Shown one piece after another: positions 63,813 to 64,000 of a stretch of DNA of 64,000 nt. The notes under the pieces were generated by a model. The model had not been told where the DNA came from, searched no databases, and saw only the letters and a program-made list of their open reading frames with translations. The stretch's first letter is position 1. Each line of letters opens with the position of its first letter. The position numbers were made by a program, and so were the translations under genes. Location of the stretch: contig CM120643.1 in NCBI GenBank assembly GCA_051362555.1, positions 3,224,001 to 3,288,000 of the forward strand, in the 5' to 3' direction. Source of the DNA: Lingula anatina. Lineage: Eukaryota > Animalia > Brachiopoda.

Positions 63813-64000
63813 ACATGCTCATTCTTATGTGGGCCAATGACAAGCACAGATTTCAGAGTGATTGCTATAACTGACGTGTTTGTGGTAAAATAGAATATAT
63901 TATATTTCTATGAGTTGTTTATAATGTATTTATTGTGAAATATAGATCTCTTGTGATGAGTTGTTGTCCCTTTAACCTTGCTGGGAAATACATTGTTGTT

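Overview
AT-rich eukaryotic (metazoan, most likely marine invertebrate) genomic DNA with spliced genes, microsatellites and dense MITEs. No rRNA, tRNA or CRISPR was seen. Genes: an intronless class A GPCR (+); SLC7A4/CAT-4 (-); a 7-coding-exon orphan Pro-rich gene (+); a decayed intronless orphan ORF (-); an 8-exon orphan F-box gene, possibly decaying (-), head-to-head with FBXL8 (+); POMGNT2 (-), starting only 286 nt behind the stop of TMEM170 (-); and the 5' part of CNOT10 (+), head-to-head with TMEM170. TMEM170 intron 2 holds a ~5.2 kb decayed Kolobok-type transposon with a nested LINE 3' end. The standout is a very young Ty3/Gypsy-type LTR element in CNOT10 intron 1. It has identical 247-bp LTRs, an ATGT TSD, a tRNA-Ser PBS and a dead pol. 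It keeps an intact Gag with an N-terminal ComEA-like helix-hairpin-helix domain and, just upstream of the PPT, seven copies of a three-way-junction fold whose stems covary. Gene models and homology calls were made by eye and from memory of the families; no searches were run.
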